NCBI GenBank assembly: GCA_030770535.1
Contig: JASVEC010000018.1
Coordinates: 620,001-684,000 of the forward strand
Source of the DNA: Batkoa obscura
Lineage: Eukaryota
DNA length: 64,000 bases
Direction: 5' to 3'
Both the position numbers and the translations under genes were made by a program. Below are positions 43,926 through 55,800 of this stretch, in pieces. How positions within the stretch are numbered: the stretch's first letter is position 1; each line of letters begins with the position of its first letter. The notes beneath the pieces are model-generated. The model did no database searches, was not told the origin of the DNA, and was given only the letters and a program-made list of their open reading frames with translations.

Positions 43926-45641
43926 TAAACAAATAATAAATCAAAAATTTTATCATATAATTATTGACCTTATTTAACAACACTCTATTAAAACAAACCG
44001 GCTGTAATCACATAAAGTTTTAAGCTACAAACTTTGAATTCTGTTTTTTAGTTAAAAATGTGATCAAAGAGTCAACTTTTAGAATCAGTCATGGATGATC
44101 TATAAAAGGAAATTGTGACATATTAACTAAAATTGAAAATAAATTATTCTAAAACATTGAAATCGGATGGAGAATGTATATTATATTCGTTAATAGTATT
44201 TTTTATATATAATTGTATTTTTTATAAGCTTATAAGTTATTTGGTTATGCTATGGCTTTAGCTAGTTTAATAAAGTTAAAAAAACTTTATCAGTAAATTT
44301 TTAATAACTCATCAAAAAAATATATATAATAGAATGAGTTAGTCTTCAATTTTGTTTTAATTTTTAATAATAAATTAACTTTTGGTATGAAATAATGCAA
44401 CAGTATCTAGTTGTTTTAGCAATTTAATCAAAACAAGAAACTAGTAAAGATATTAAGGAGTATAACTTAATAGTAAAGGATATTTTTTAGCTAAAATTGA
44501 GTTAATTAAAATCCGAAAGCTAAAAAGGGGTGCTTAGTTTTTATTACATTAGAATAAAGCCAGGCAAAATGACCAAGATTTTGGTATCTTATTAGTTATT
44601 TTCGTTTTGTTTTCATTATATTAATAATGTCTAATTATTATTAAGTATTTGTATATAATGAATTCGCCTGCATGATATTACCATATTATTAAACAAAATG
44701 ATCAGTATTTGATACCGTTACAATTTAAGCACATTAAATTAAAATTGAATTGAAGCATAAGTGGATTGAACCACTTACCACGTCAAATTAAAAGGTACTG
44801 TAAGCTTAAAGATAAAAACGTTTTAAACAATATCAAGATCATTAAATACTTCAAGTATAAGTATAAGTACAAATAAATAAATAATTGTAATTGTTATCTA
44901 ACAATGATACTTTATAATATCTTAATTCTAAATTTAAATAAAATGAATTTAAAAATAATTAATAGAACTCATTAATAAATTATTTTTATTGTCCTATTAT
45001 ATATGAGAATATGGCTTAGAGCTTGAATACAACGACTTATTAATTTTGTTGATTTTTAATAGATGGAATATACAAAAACAATTCTAACTAATAGCTCATT
45101 TTAATAGTGTAATTTCTAAAAATAAATAGGTTTCTACTCATCATGATCTCATTCTGTAAATATTAGTATTCAATTCTTGAGTTATCTATGATTTTTGTTA
45201 TTGCGCTGTATTCTATCTATTTCAACAATTTATTGTTCTAATAATAAATTTCGAGGTTTACATCTCCTTTATTGGCTCTAGCTTTGGGCATAATTTTGGG
45301 AATGGTGCTAATTCCAAGATCGTAACCAATCATCTATGGCGACCAGTAGTGGGTTTTACTTTTTAAGAAGGTCAATATCATCAAATTCTATAATTAAACT
45401 GGAAACTCCGGGATATCTTATTAAAAACTAGTATTCTGTCTAATTAATTAATCAAAGCTGGAGTTATTCCTAATTCCTGCTAAGAACAACACAGCTTTAA
45501 ATAGAACACCTTTAAAAATTAAGGTGGTGGACACATAAATTAAAAATTTATTCTTTGTTTCCTTCACTTCTTGGAACGCTCATCTAATATTTAAATAATT
45601 TCATTTTTAAAATTTTCCTTGTTTATTATATCTAATTTATA

Positions 45642-47570
45642 ATGTTCGCTAAATTTACTCCAGTTACCCTTGCCGTTCTTTTTGCTATCTCTGCTCACGC
45701 AGAATATGCTATCACTGAACCAGTAACAACTCCATCATACTCAGTTCCAACTGCCACTTCCTCTTCTTCAGTAAGTACTCCAGTAACCACTTCTGAAACT
45801 TATAACACTGGATCAAGCTCTTCAGCCTCATCCTCAACTACTGTATCCACTAGCAGCGCTATTACTTCAACCACTTCAGCAAGTACTGAGTCTACCCAGA
45901 CTTACATTGTAACCTCAGAAACATCATCAAGTGCTTCAACCACCACCCCATCATACACAACCTCTACCACCTCAGAAGACGATTGTGATGATGAGGTAAC
46001 TACAATTGTTACTGGTTATCCAACTGACGACTGCGATGAAACTGAAACTACTGGTACTGCCTCAACCACCAATGTTTCTACTCCATCTTACACCATCACT
46101 TCATCAACTGAAGCTACCACCTCAGTTGTTTCTACTCCAACCTACGAAACTACTCCAGTTGTATCTACTCCAGCTACCTCTGATGATTGTGAAGAAACTG
46201 TTACTGTCACTGATGATGACTGTGACGAAACCCCAGTTACTAGCACTGGTTCAACCACTAATGTTTCTACACCAATTTACACTATTACTTCATCAACCGA
46301 AGCTATTACCTCAGTTGTATCTACCCCAACCTACGAAACTACTCCAGTTGTATCTACCCCAGTTGTTTCTACTCCAGTTGTTTCTACTCCAACCTACGAA
46401 ACTACCCCAGTTGTTTCTACTCCAGTTGTTTCTACTCCAACCTACGAAACTACCCCAGTTGTTTCTACTCCAGTTGTTTCTACTCCAGTCGTTTCTACTC
46501 CAACCTACGAAACTACTCCAGTTGTATCTACTCCAGCTACCTCTGATGATTGTGAAGAAACTGTTACTGTCACTGATGATGACTGTGACGAAACCCCAGT
46601 TACTAGCACTGGTTCAACCACTAATGTTTCTACACCAATTTACACTATTACTTCATCAACCGAAGCTATTACCTCAGTTGTATCTACCCCAACCTACGAA
46701 ACTACTCCAGTTGTATCTACCCCAGTTGTTTCTACTCCAGTTGTTTCTACTCCAACCTACGAAACTACCCCAGTTGTTTCTACTCCAGTTGTTTCTACTC
46801 CAACCTACGAAACTACCCCAGTTGTATCTACCCCAGCTACTTCAGGTGACTGTGAAGATCTTTATTTAACTGTTACTGAATGTGATGAAGAACCAAGCTA
46901 TAGCACCTCAACTGCTGGTCCATCCACTTCCACCGTTGTAGTTACTTCTACCGACGGTGAAAGTACTGTTACTTCTACCATTGTAGTTACCACTACCGAT
47001 GCTACTTCTACTTATGAAACTTCATCAACTGAAACTTCAACCAGTGCCAGTTCTACCTCAGCTGTTACTTCATCAACTGAAACTTCAACTGAAACTTCAT
47101 CAAGTGCTACCTCTACCTCAACTAGTGCCAGCTCTACCTCAACTTCAGCTGTTACCTCAACTTCAACCAGTGCCAGCTCTACCTCAACTTCAACCAGTGC
47201 CAGCTCTACCTCAACTTCAGCTGTTACCTCAACTTCAACCAGTGCTAGCTCTACCTCAACTGCCACTAGTACTAGCACTACTCCAGTAAGTACTTCAACT
47301 ACTACCTCTACCACTACTACCACTTCAACTGTTCCAGAACCAAGTGATGACCCAATGAACCCAAACAACCCACAATATTCCCCATTCAACCGTAAGGAAG
47401 GAACTCCCTGTGGAAGTGATCCATGGGAATTTGCTTGTACCCACAAAGAAACTGGTAAAGTAGTACTTAAATGTATTGGAGGAAAATGGACTCTTTCAGA
47501 AACCTGTAATGAAGGATTCAATTGCTACAACTTCCCAGGACAAAAAGGAGGAAAGTGTATCAGAGATTAA
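45642..47570 (+). CDS. Secreted Ser/Thr-rich mucin-like protein with C-terminal Cys-rich CBM19-like (chitin-binding) module
   Basis: Signal peptide MFAKFTPVTLAVLFAISAHA, S/T-rich repeats, and C-terminal EGTPC..FAC...VLKCIGGKW...TCNEGFNC...KC. Confidence 0.8.
   Translation: MFAKFTPVTLAVLFAISAHAEYAITEPVTTPSYSVPTATSSSSVSTPVTTSETYNTGSSSSASSSTTVSTSSAITSTTSASTESTQTYIVTSETSSSASTTTPSYTTSTTSEDDCDDEVTTIVTGYPTDDCDETETTGTASTTNVSTPSYTITSSTEATTSVVSTPTYETTPVVSTPATSDDCEETVTVTDDDCDETPVTSTGSTTNVSTPIYTITSSTEAITSVVSTPTYETTPVVSTPVVSTPVVSTPTYETTPVVSTPVVSTPTYETTPVVSTPVVSTPVVSTPTYETTPVVSTPATSDDCEETVTVTDDDCDETPVTSTGSTTNVSTPIYTITSSTEAITSVVSTPTYETTPVVSTPVVSTPVVSTPTYETTPVVSTPVVSTPTYETTPVVSTPATSGDCEDLYLTVTECDEEPSYSTSTAGPSTSTVVVTSTDGESTVTSTIVVTTTDATSTYETSSTETSTSASSTSAVTSSTETSTETSSSATSTSTSASSTSTSAVTSTSTSASSTSTSTSASSTSTSAVTSTSTSASSTSTATSTSTTPVSTSTTTSTTTTTSTVPEPSDDPMNPNNPQYSPFNRKEGTPCGSDPWEFACTHKETGKVVLKCIGGKWTLSETCNEGFNCYNFPGQKGGKCIRD
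46068..46860 (+). repeat. In-frame nested tandem repeats: 363-bp duplication built from 15-bp (PVVST) and 33-bp (PTYETTPVVST) units
   Basis: Sequence at 46141 recurs at 46504 (offset 363) nearly identically. Confidence 0.9.
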
Positions 47571-48677
47571 ACGCAATAAAAAGTAGTACCATCTTCTAAT
47601 TTTATAAACCATAACTATATACCTATTTTATAATAAAACAACGCATATTTTAGTTTTCTGTTTATTAGATTTTAATAAAATTCATTAAATATTTCCAAAT
47701 TTTTTTAATATAAAATTTTAATATGTAGCATTAGATCTATAATATTTATATTTGCTATATAAAATTAGAATGTAACATTATATTGTTTGCTATAATGTTT
47801 CAATATGAATATACTATTTTTTTCTTTTATTGTCTAAGTGTAATAAAATTAAATAAAATTAATAATAATATTTTGGTTTAGACGATTTGTTTTTTGATCT
47901 TTATTTAAAATTTCAAAGCTGGTAAATCCATGTGCTATATTAGTTACAAAAGTTTAAAAATATTCTTGTGTGTCCAATTCAAGAGGACAGGATCAAAGAT
48001 AATTAAAGAATACTCAACAAAGGATCATTCTTTATAAACGTTTATTTATGCATCTTGGACTTTAAAAACTTAAAAATCTCAACATCGCTTTTTTTTCTTA
48101 ATTAGATACCCAGTTTACTATAAATACGGTATTGAGGGCTATATTAAGTTAAGTTTTAATTTTGTATATTGAAACTAAGCTACTTTAAGTCATTTTGTGA
48201 TCACATTTTAATAAACTTCGGTGCCGTGATAACTGTGGCTTTTTTAGGGCAAGTTTAATTTATAACTTTAGTATTGAACTTTTCATGGCAATGTTGAATA
48301 CAAATAAATGAGAACAGCACAATAATGTTTGAAATGACTTGACTATAAATGACAAGAATTTGATTAAGAGCAATAGATTTTCATATATTAAAATATTATT
48401 TGAACTATAAAGGATTTTGACATGTACATGGATTTGAATTTTTTTTAAACCTAAAAGTTTAATTTTAAGCCACGAAATAAAAATTCTAGGCTGAAAAATG
48501 AATTACTGCTATTTAATTTTCGGTTTTAGCCCGATTTTAATTTACATTACTTTTATGTAGAAAATAAGAGGGCCATCTCTTTAAAAATAATCTAATAAGT
48601 TATAAAAAATAAATATACAATTTAAAATCAAAGTTCAAATTTTTTGACTTTAATTACACTTTATTTGGATTTTATAT

Positions 48678-49667
48678 TCAAATAAACAATAGCGAGGCTA
48701 ATACAGAAATCAAAGTGACTAATAAAGTAGAGGGTCCAGGTACCATGGAGAAACTGCCAATATAAGTACTAGCTGTTTCTTTGACACCTTTGAAAGTTTC
48801 AACTGTAGTTGATGTAGAAGGGTCATCATTTGTGGCTTCAAGGAATTTTCCTTTATCAGTATTGAAAACATCAAAACGGGTAGTCCAAGATAAACCAGGT
48901 TTAGCGTCTTTATCTTTAGGAATAATGATAAATCGAAAGAAAAAGAATTGACCCTTATATTTAGTTTTTGGAATAGTATACTTGACTTCTCTAGTTTCAA
49001 TTTTAAAATCACCAAGGTTTTCAATAAAAGCATTTTGCATATTAGATCCAGTCATATAATCAATTTGAATCTTTTCAATGTCTCTCATCTTAAAGATAAA
49101 ATTTTTTTTCTCGGTATCAGTTTCTGGAATTTTATAGTACCATAAAACTTTAATTTGATCCCCAGATTTAACGGTTCTACTATCCCTAGTTGGGTAGACA
49201 GGGTAAAGGATTACATTATCACTATCTTTAGGCTGCTTGAATTTTTCCATATCAATTTCTTCCCATTCTGGAGTATCTTCTTCCTTCTTTTTTTCATCTT
49301 TTTTCCCATCATCTTTCTTTCCATCATCTTTCTTTCCATCATCTTTCTTTCCATCATCTTTTGGGACATCATCCTTTTTTTTGTCTTCTGCAGCTTTTTT
49401 AGCATCATCGGCCTTCTTTTTTTCTTCTTCAGCTTTTTTAGCGTCTTCAGCTTTTTTAGCGTCTTCAGCTTTTTTAGCTTCCTCGGCTTTCTTTTTATCT
49501 TCATCACTTTGACCAGCAGGAGGGCTTCCACTTGGCTTTGGGTCCTCTACCTTTTCAGGAGTCTTTTGAGCATCATTAGGATTACCAGAGGCACCCCCTT
49601 GATCTTGGGTATATACAACAGTTAAGCAAAAGATTAAAGCTATAAGTAAAAAATTAAATATCCTCAT
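48678..49667 (-). CDS. Secreted, probably GPI-anchored or C-terminally membrane-anchored protein with charged repeats
   Basis: Signal peptide; (KKAEDA)n and (KKDDG)n repeats; beta-rich domain (ILYPVYP...VKSGDQIKVLW); hydrophobic C-terminus. Confidence 0.75.
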   Translation of the reverse strand: MRIFNFLLIALIFCLTVVYTQDQGGASGNPNDAQKTPEKVEDPKPSGSPPAGQSDEDKKKAEEAKKAEDAKKAEDAKKAEEEKKKADDAKKAAEDKKKDDVPKDDGKKDDGKKDDGKKDDGKKDEKKKEEDTPEWEEIDMEKFKQPKDSDNVILYPVYPTRDSRTVKSGDQIKVLWYYKIPETDTEKKNFIFKMRDIEKIQIDYMTGSNMQNAFIENLGDFKIETREVKYTIPKTKYKGQFFFFRFIIIPKDKDAKPGLSWTTRFDVFNTDKGKFLEATNDDPSTSTTVETFKGVKETASTYIGSFSMVPGPSTLLVTLISVLASLLFI

Positions 49668-51056
49668 ATTAGAAATTAGTTAAATTAATTAGATAGAAAA
49701 GGATGGAAGAATATTGATGTTTGGATATGCAATATAAGTCTTCTGGTAAACCAATGGAATCATCATAATTTGGTCATTTGAAGGTACCTCAGGTATATAA
49801 TATAAGGGGAACTTTTGTACCATAAAAACTATTCAAATTAATCCTCCATATTTGGATTCAAATACATTTTTAGGGATTTGATTTGTTAATGAAGTCAATT
49901 GGCCAATTAAATGGTGTAATTAGTTTTATATTAAACGAGCTAGGAAGCCACAAAATTATAATAAAGAATTAAAGTACATGATATAAATAGATTCAAGTAC
50001 TATTGATATATCCTATTGGCCAGAAGTTCACTGAAGGTAATAAAATCCAGAATATAAGGAATTTATATACTAAGATTGTGTTCTATTTAGTAAATTGTGA
50101 TTTTCTATGGTTCTAAAAATAAATGCTAAGTTAACTTATATTCTGATTTTAAATTCTTAATTGATATTGTTTTAAAATCGGAATTTTCAAAGTATTCAAA
50201 CGTTCTAAATAAATTTATAAACTAAAACATCATTATCCATTATAATACCCCTTTTTATACTATGGCCTTTTTGCTCAAACTAGAATGTTTGATTTACATC
50301 AAAAAAAATTATATAAATGAATGCATTAAAAGTTCAATTAAAAAAACCTATGGTAATTTATATCAAAAAATCTAGCGGATAGAATAATGGTTTGACTCTT
50401 TTATTGATTTTTGTATTTTAAATTATTTTTTTTTCAAATAAAAGAATAAACACAAAACTAATATGTAACAGACAGTCTAATTAAGTTTTAGGTGATGCAA
50501 AATGAAACTTAAAGCTTATTATATTATAAAGATAATAATGGTACTAAAAATTAGACAAAACATTGAAACAGTTTCCCCACTTAATAAATTGAATCTTAAA
50601 GAAAATGTTGCTAAATTTGAGTGTAACTGTTAATAAAGGTTTTCTGTCCTAAAAAAAGTCTTAACTAATATTTTAAATCAATTTAAATTGACCATAGTTG
50701 AGTTGAATTCAATAAAATAAATCTTAAAAAAAATATTTAAATCTTATAGTAATAAAATTGACTATATTTTCTTTGTTGCTGTACTTTATAGCTATTTGTT
50801 TTTCATGTTATAAAGATATAAGATGTTTTATCAATGCTGGTTATAAGTGTTAGGTCTCAGAATAGTAATAATTATTTAATCTAATATTAATATTTAATAT
50901 TTGATTATGATTTTTTAATAAAATTAAAAACACTTAAATAGCAATTAGCAGTCGTAGTTTTTAATCTAAAAATGATTTAAAAAAAGTTTATAATAATTTT
51001 TTTATTATCAAGAGATATCAAGTATTAAAAAACATTTATTTTAATTTTTAAAAATA

Positions 51057-51138
51057 TGACAACTGAGGGGTTCGAACCCTCGCATGTTTCCATATCAGGG
51101 CCTAAACCTGACCCCTTAGACCTCTCGGGCAAGTTGCC
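51057..51138 (-). tRNA. tRNA-Leu (anticodon UAG), intronless
   Basis: Minus strand GGCAACT...TCAGG-TTTAGGC-CCTGA, long variable arm, GAGGGTTCGAACCCCTC T-arm, AGTTGTC-A acceptor; TTTTT terminator follows. Confidence 0.96.
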
Positions 51139-51816
51139 TATAAATCTATTAAGATTAAACTGTATTTATTAAATCTAAATTTTTGTAAAAATAGAAAAAC
51201 GTTGATTATAAGGTTAAAATTCATAATTAGAATATTAAGACAAGTTAATAATGATATAGGTAATTGAGTTAGTATTCAACTTAATTTTATTTGTATTGAT
51301 ATAGATAGCTTTAGGTTTTGAAATAAGACAAATCAATGATGATATTAATTTGTAAAAGTATAATGACTATTAGTTGTTACTATTTTTTTAGTTTGATAAT
51401 GATTAAACTATATCTCTTACTAGTTGTATTATTACTTGTGTATCCTTTTTTATGCTGTTTATAGTTCAAGCATTCAATTTTACAATTAGAGTTGTATAGA
51501 TTTTATCGAAATAATTTTTAAAGTCAATGAACAATATTCAACTATTCGTATTTATACTTAAGTTTCTAAAGATTTAAAATAGAGTTTTTTAAGGAACGTT
51601 TGATAATAAATTATTTAATGTGAATAGTTTTTACTTGGGACAATTTTTTTCATATAACTCCTTCTATCACTATACTTTTAACTAAGGATAATATCAATTT
51701 TGCTATCTATTCCAACTTTTCAATTTTTTAAGGTTTCTAAGAAAGTCCAAATTTATTACGTTGAATTTTTAGTCTCAGAAAAATCATTTTCATATTTTTT
51801 CCTAATTCAAATTTCC

Positions 51817-53835
51817 ATGTTTGCTAATCGAGCTAAAAAGAGGATTAGGAGTCAAGGAGGGAGTAGTCGATCACATATATCCTTAGCTTATAGTAATAAA
51901 GGGGGAAGTCAGCATTCTGAAGTAACTGATCGAGATGATATCACTGTTTGTTCGGATATGAGTGGTAAAAGGAGAAGTAAGGTGAGAATTATAAATTATA
52001 TTTTGAAAACAAGAGGGAAGATTAAGTTGATCTTTTAGGATAGTGTTCATGGTACTAATTTTTTAAAGTTGGATTCTGGGGACAAAGAAGGGAGTATTCA
52101 GGATGTAAAAGGTAATATTAAATTTTTAAATTGCGATTTAAATTTTAACATTTGTATTTAAATAGATCAAAGTTTTGTAAGCTATTTTTTTTATTAAGTA
52201 GCTTGAAGTAATTGAAGCTAAATCATTAATAGTCATCTATCTTTGACTTAGATAAATTACAAAAAATTAAAGAACAAGTTAAAGCTATGGTACCTATTTA
52301 TCCAGAAGGAATCGTTGAGCAAAGTAAGTTAATATTATTACTTGAAAATTAATTATTAATAGGAACTTTTTGTTTTTATATTAGATAAAAAGCTATCTTT
52401 AGATTATAATGAAATGAAATATAATTATACTAGTTTAACCACAGATTACAGAATGTTAAAATTAACTAGTGAAAGGAGATTGGAAAAATTACAGAATCAA
52501 ATTGATGAGAAAGAGTATTGTATTAATGTAAGTTTAAACTCCTAATACTTATTATTATTCAAATTATTAATTTTTTAAAAGCAATTGAAACAACAGATAA
52601 CTGAAAAACAAAATAATAATGAAAAATTGGAAGAACAAATTAACGAATTAAAGAAACAAGTTGAAAGTTTACAGGTATTAAATAATTTATTATTTTGACA
52701 AAGTGATATTAATAAGTAAATATTAGGAAAAAGTTAATAGTAAAAATGATAAAATAATAATAGATCAATTAAAAGATGAAATTATAAGTCTAAAACATAC
52801 GATTTCTATATTAGAAATTCAATCAAAAGAAAGCCAACAAAATATTGAGTTATTAAATTTACAATTAAATAATAAAGATAAAGAGTTTAAAGAACAAGTA
52901 AGTGACTTATTAAAATAGTTTAATTTATATAATAATTGATAATTTACTATAGATTGATAATCTAGAACCTCAACTCATTTCAAAAGAGGAAGAAATAACC
53001 AAATTAATGAAACTTAATCTAGAATTAGAAAAGAATCAAAATACACAAGTAGATTCCGATAATCCAAAAACTTTGGAATTAGTTGTTAAAGAGTATCAAG
53101 GTAAATATAAACTTAGATAACAATAAAACAACATCTTAATAAACTTTGAGTTAGTTCTAAAAGAAAAACATAATAAATTAGAACAACAATATATCTTATT
53201 AAAAAAAGAAAAAGAATTCATTAACTATTCCCAATCTCAGCATTTATTATTAAAGGAATCTTATTTATCTTTAGAAAATAGAATCAAAAGAAAACAAGAT
53301 TATATTGAAGAGATGGAAAAGACATTAGCTACAGTCAATTCAAAATCAATCGAATGGTAAATATTGATTTATCAGTTATTCAAACATTACGAGTTAAATA
53401 TTAATTTATTATTTCTTTTATTCTTAGGGCTAATTGTTTTAATACGGGTGAGTTGGATAGTATTAACAGTTTATGGGAAGCTTATCAAAATGAAAAAGAT
53501 AAAAATCAACAACAGATGAATTTGAACTTAGAAGTTAGTATTGAAATGAAACAAAAGGAAGAAGAACGTCAAAAATTATTATTAAAGGTAAGGAATTTAA
53601 TATTTTTTGATTATAATTTATTTTAATTAATTTATTTTTTATTTTTTATTCTAAATAGGTTAATGAGTTAGAATCTAAGAATCAAAACTTAACGGACAAA
53701 GTAAATCAAAGTCAAGCAGAAATAATAGTAAAAGATGAAAACATAATGGAACTGAAAAAAGAAGTTGAAAAATTCAAATGTTTAATTGATAATCAATTAT
53801 TTGAAAAATCAAAATTAAGAGATCAAGAGAGTTAA
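51817..53835 (+). CDS. Multi-exon coiled-coil protein with Mad1-like central segment
   Basis: About 11 exons joined by GT-AG introns keep one open frame of heptad-rich sequence, e.g. LLKESYLSLENRIKRKQ...SIEW|ANCF. Stop TAA at 53833-53835. Family assignment is tentative. Confidence 0.6.
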
Positions 53836-54015
53836 TTTAAATATAATTAAGAAGATTTTTTTTAATTAAATTAAATTATTAATATTATCTAAATTTAGTT
53901 TTTTTTAAATTTTTTGTTTTTATTTTTTAAATTTTTTTATTAAATAAATTAAAAGTTAATGTTTATTCGGCCTATTAGGATAAGTTATATTGGGATAAAA
54001 TTCCTAATTAAATTG

Positions 54016-54070
54016 ATTATTATTATTATTATTATTATTATTCTATTTATATTCTATTTATATTCTATTT
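54016..54070. repeat. (TTA)n plus 11-bp tandem TTCTATTTATA x3
   Basis: Directly visible just downstream of the stop codon of the minus-strand gene. Confidence 0.8.
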
Positions 54071-55471
54071 TAACTTACTTCTAAATCTCCACCAGCTTTA
54101 TTATTATTATTAAATTTTGATTTACAAATAATTCTTTTATAAGTATTATTTGGTAACCAAATTTCTAATTTAATGAAGGTGGATTTTATATCACTATTCT
54201 TCATTTTAGGTGGATAACGTTCAATAGTACCATCTGGATAATGAAATTCATTTGTTCCATTACAATGACTTATTTGAGTCACTTGATTTTTAGAATAATA
54301 ATAGTATAGATAGTTATCTTTTAACTATTAAATATAGAATTAAAATAAAAATAATAAATAAAAGTAAAAATACATCATATGTTTATACAACAATAATGAT
54401 AATAATAAAAAAATCCAATTACCTTTTTCCAATCCCCATTAGGAAACCAAATTTGAATAGTATTATCTTGATATTTAGCCTGAATATTACCATTAATATA
54501 ACTATATAACTTCATGCCATCTTTATAACTTCTAGATAATTTCTTATAATCTGGGTAGACTGTTTCCTATTATTATTAAGTTGAGTATTAATATCTTTTT
54601 AATATTTTATGACATTTGTAATTATTCACTTTAATCATTTCAAGAGAGGAAAAGTTAGCTTCAATTTCTATTTGTTCTAATCTTTGTCTTAATAATAATA
54701 GTTGAGAGGCTGGATCGGATATGGGAGCTAAGTTCAATGAGTTTTTTAATACTTAATTTTTAGATGATAGTCATTGAATTACTTTTTATGAATATGTCTT
54801 GTTCATTCTTTATTTTGCTATTCTAAATTATTGTTTAATAAATAAAACAAAAGTCGAATAAATGAACCAACTTACTTGATTATTAAAATTGTTTTCTTCA
54901 TTTCCTTTATTTTCTTTTTTAATTGGAAATTGAATATTTAACTTATCCTTCATTTAATAAAGAATACATTAATAAACTATGCACTTATAATGATTAATAA
55001 ACTAAAGAATTATTAAGTGTTAAAATGGTGTTAATTAATTTTAATATTTTATAACCTACTTAGTTACCAAATGGTCATCATATTCTTGTTTATCAGATAA
55101 TTTGAGATTTATTTTATCTGAGGAATCATCATCTCAATAATAGTAAGTAATTAAATTAATTATTACCTCTTATACTTTCTAATTTTTCTACACTGATTAA
55201 TATATCCTTGGTGCTATATAATAAAATTAAAATAAAGTCTTTTGTATTTATCATTTGGCTCGTATATACCTCTTTTTAGTTTTATTCTTATTGTTGCTCT
55301 TATTTTTTATACTATTAGAATGTAATTTATCTTTATTAATCTCTTCATTTACTAATTGTATCCTTTGTAGTTTTTTACTAATATCAACTAATATATCTTT
55401 TTCTAATTCAATATATGATATAGTTAGTATTTGTTTGTAGATTATTAAAAAGGGTGGGAAAATTTACCCAT
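54070..55471 (-). CDS. SAS-4/CPAP(CENPJ)-like protein with C-terminal TCP (Tcp10_C, G-box) domain; ~9 exons, ~290 aa
   Basis: The last two exons splice to YKDGMKLYSYINGNIQAKYQDNTIQIWFPNGDWKK|LKDNYLYYYYSKNQVTQISHCNGTNEFHYPDGTIERYP. This follows the CPAP TCP pattern FFNGDVKQ...VIYYYA.AQTTHTTYP.G.....F..GQIEKHYP (recalled from memory). Confidence 0.75.
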
Positions 55472-55800
55472 TTGATTAAAGTACTTAAAAATTTCAAAAA
55501 ATAAAGTATTCATGTTTTTGATGCTTTTTAGAGTTTCATTTAATATAATGTAAGGGAAGGGTAAAATTAATATTTAAAAATAAAAATAAAATCTAAGCTT
55601 TAATATTTATAAAAAAAACTTTATCTTAATAGTATTAAATAATAAAACTTTTGCCTATTAGCATAACAAATATTTCACACTATTTAACTATAACAAACAT
55701 AAAAATAAAATAAAAAATAAAATAAAAATGAACCTTATTTTACATAAAACAAATTATAAAAAATTTAATTCCTACGACAATAAAACTCCAGCTTTCATAT

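Noticed and set aside
46120..46840. CRISPR-like periodic repeats
   Set aside because: In-frame coding tandem repeats with no unique spacers, in a eukaryotic gene.
46006..47521. Alternative-frame and antisense ORFs (287, 96, 169 aa) over the mucin gene
   Set aside because: Shadow frames of stop-poor S/T codon repeats; no independent coding signal.
48719..49625. Several overlapping ORFs on both strands
   Set aside because: Shadows of the K/D/E repeat gene.
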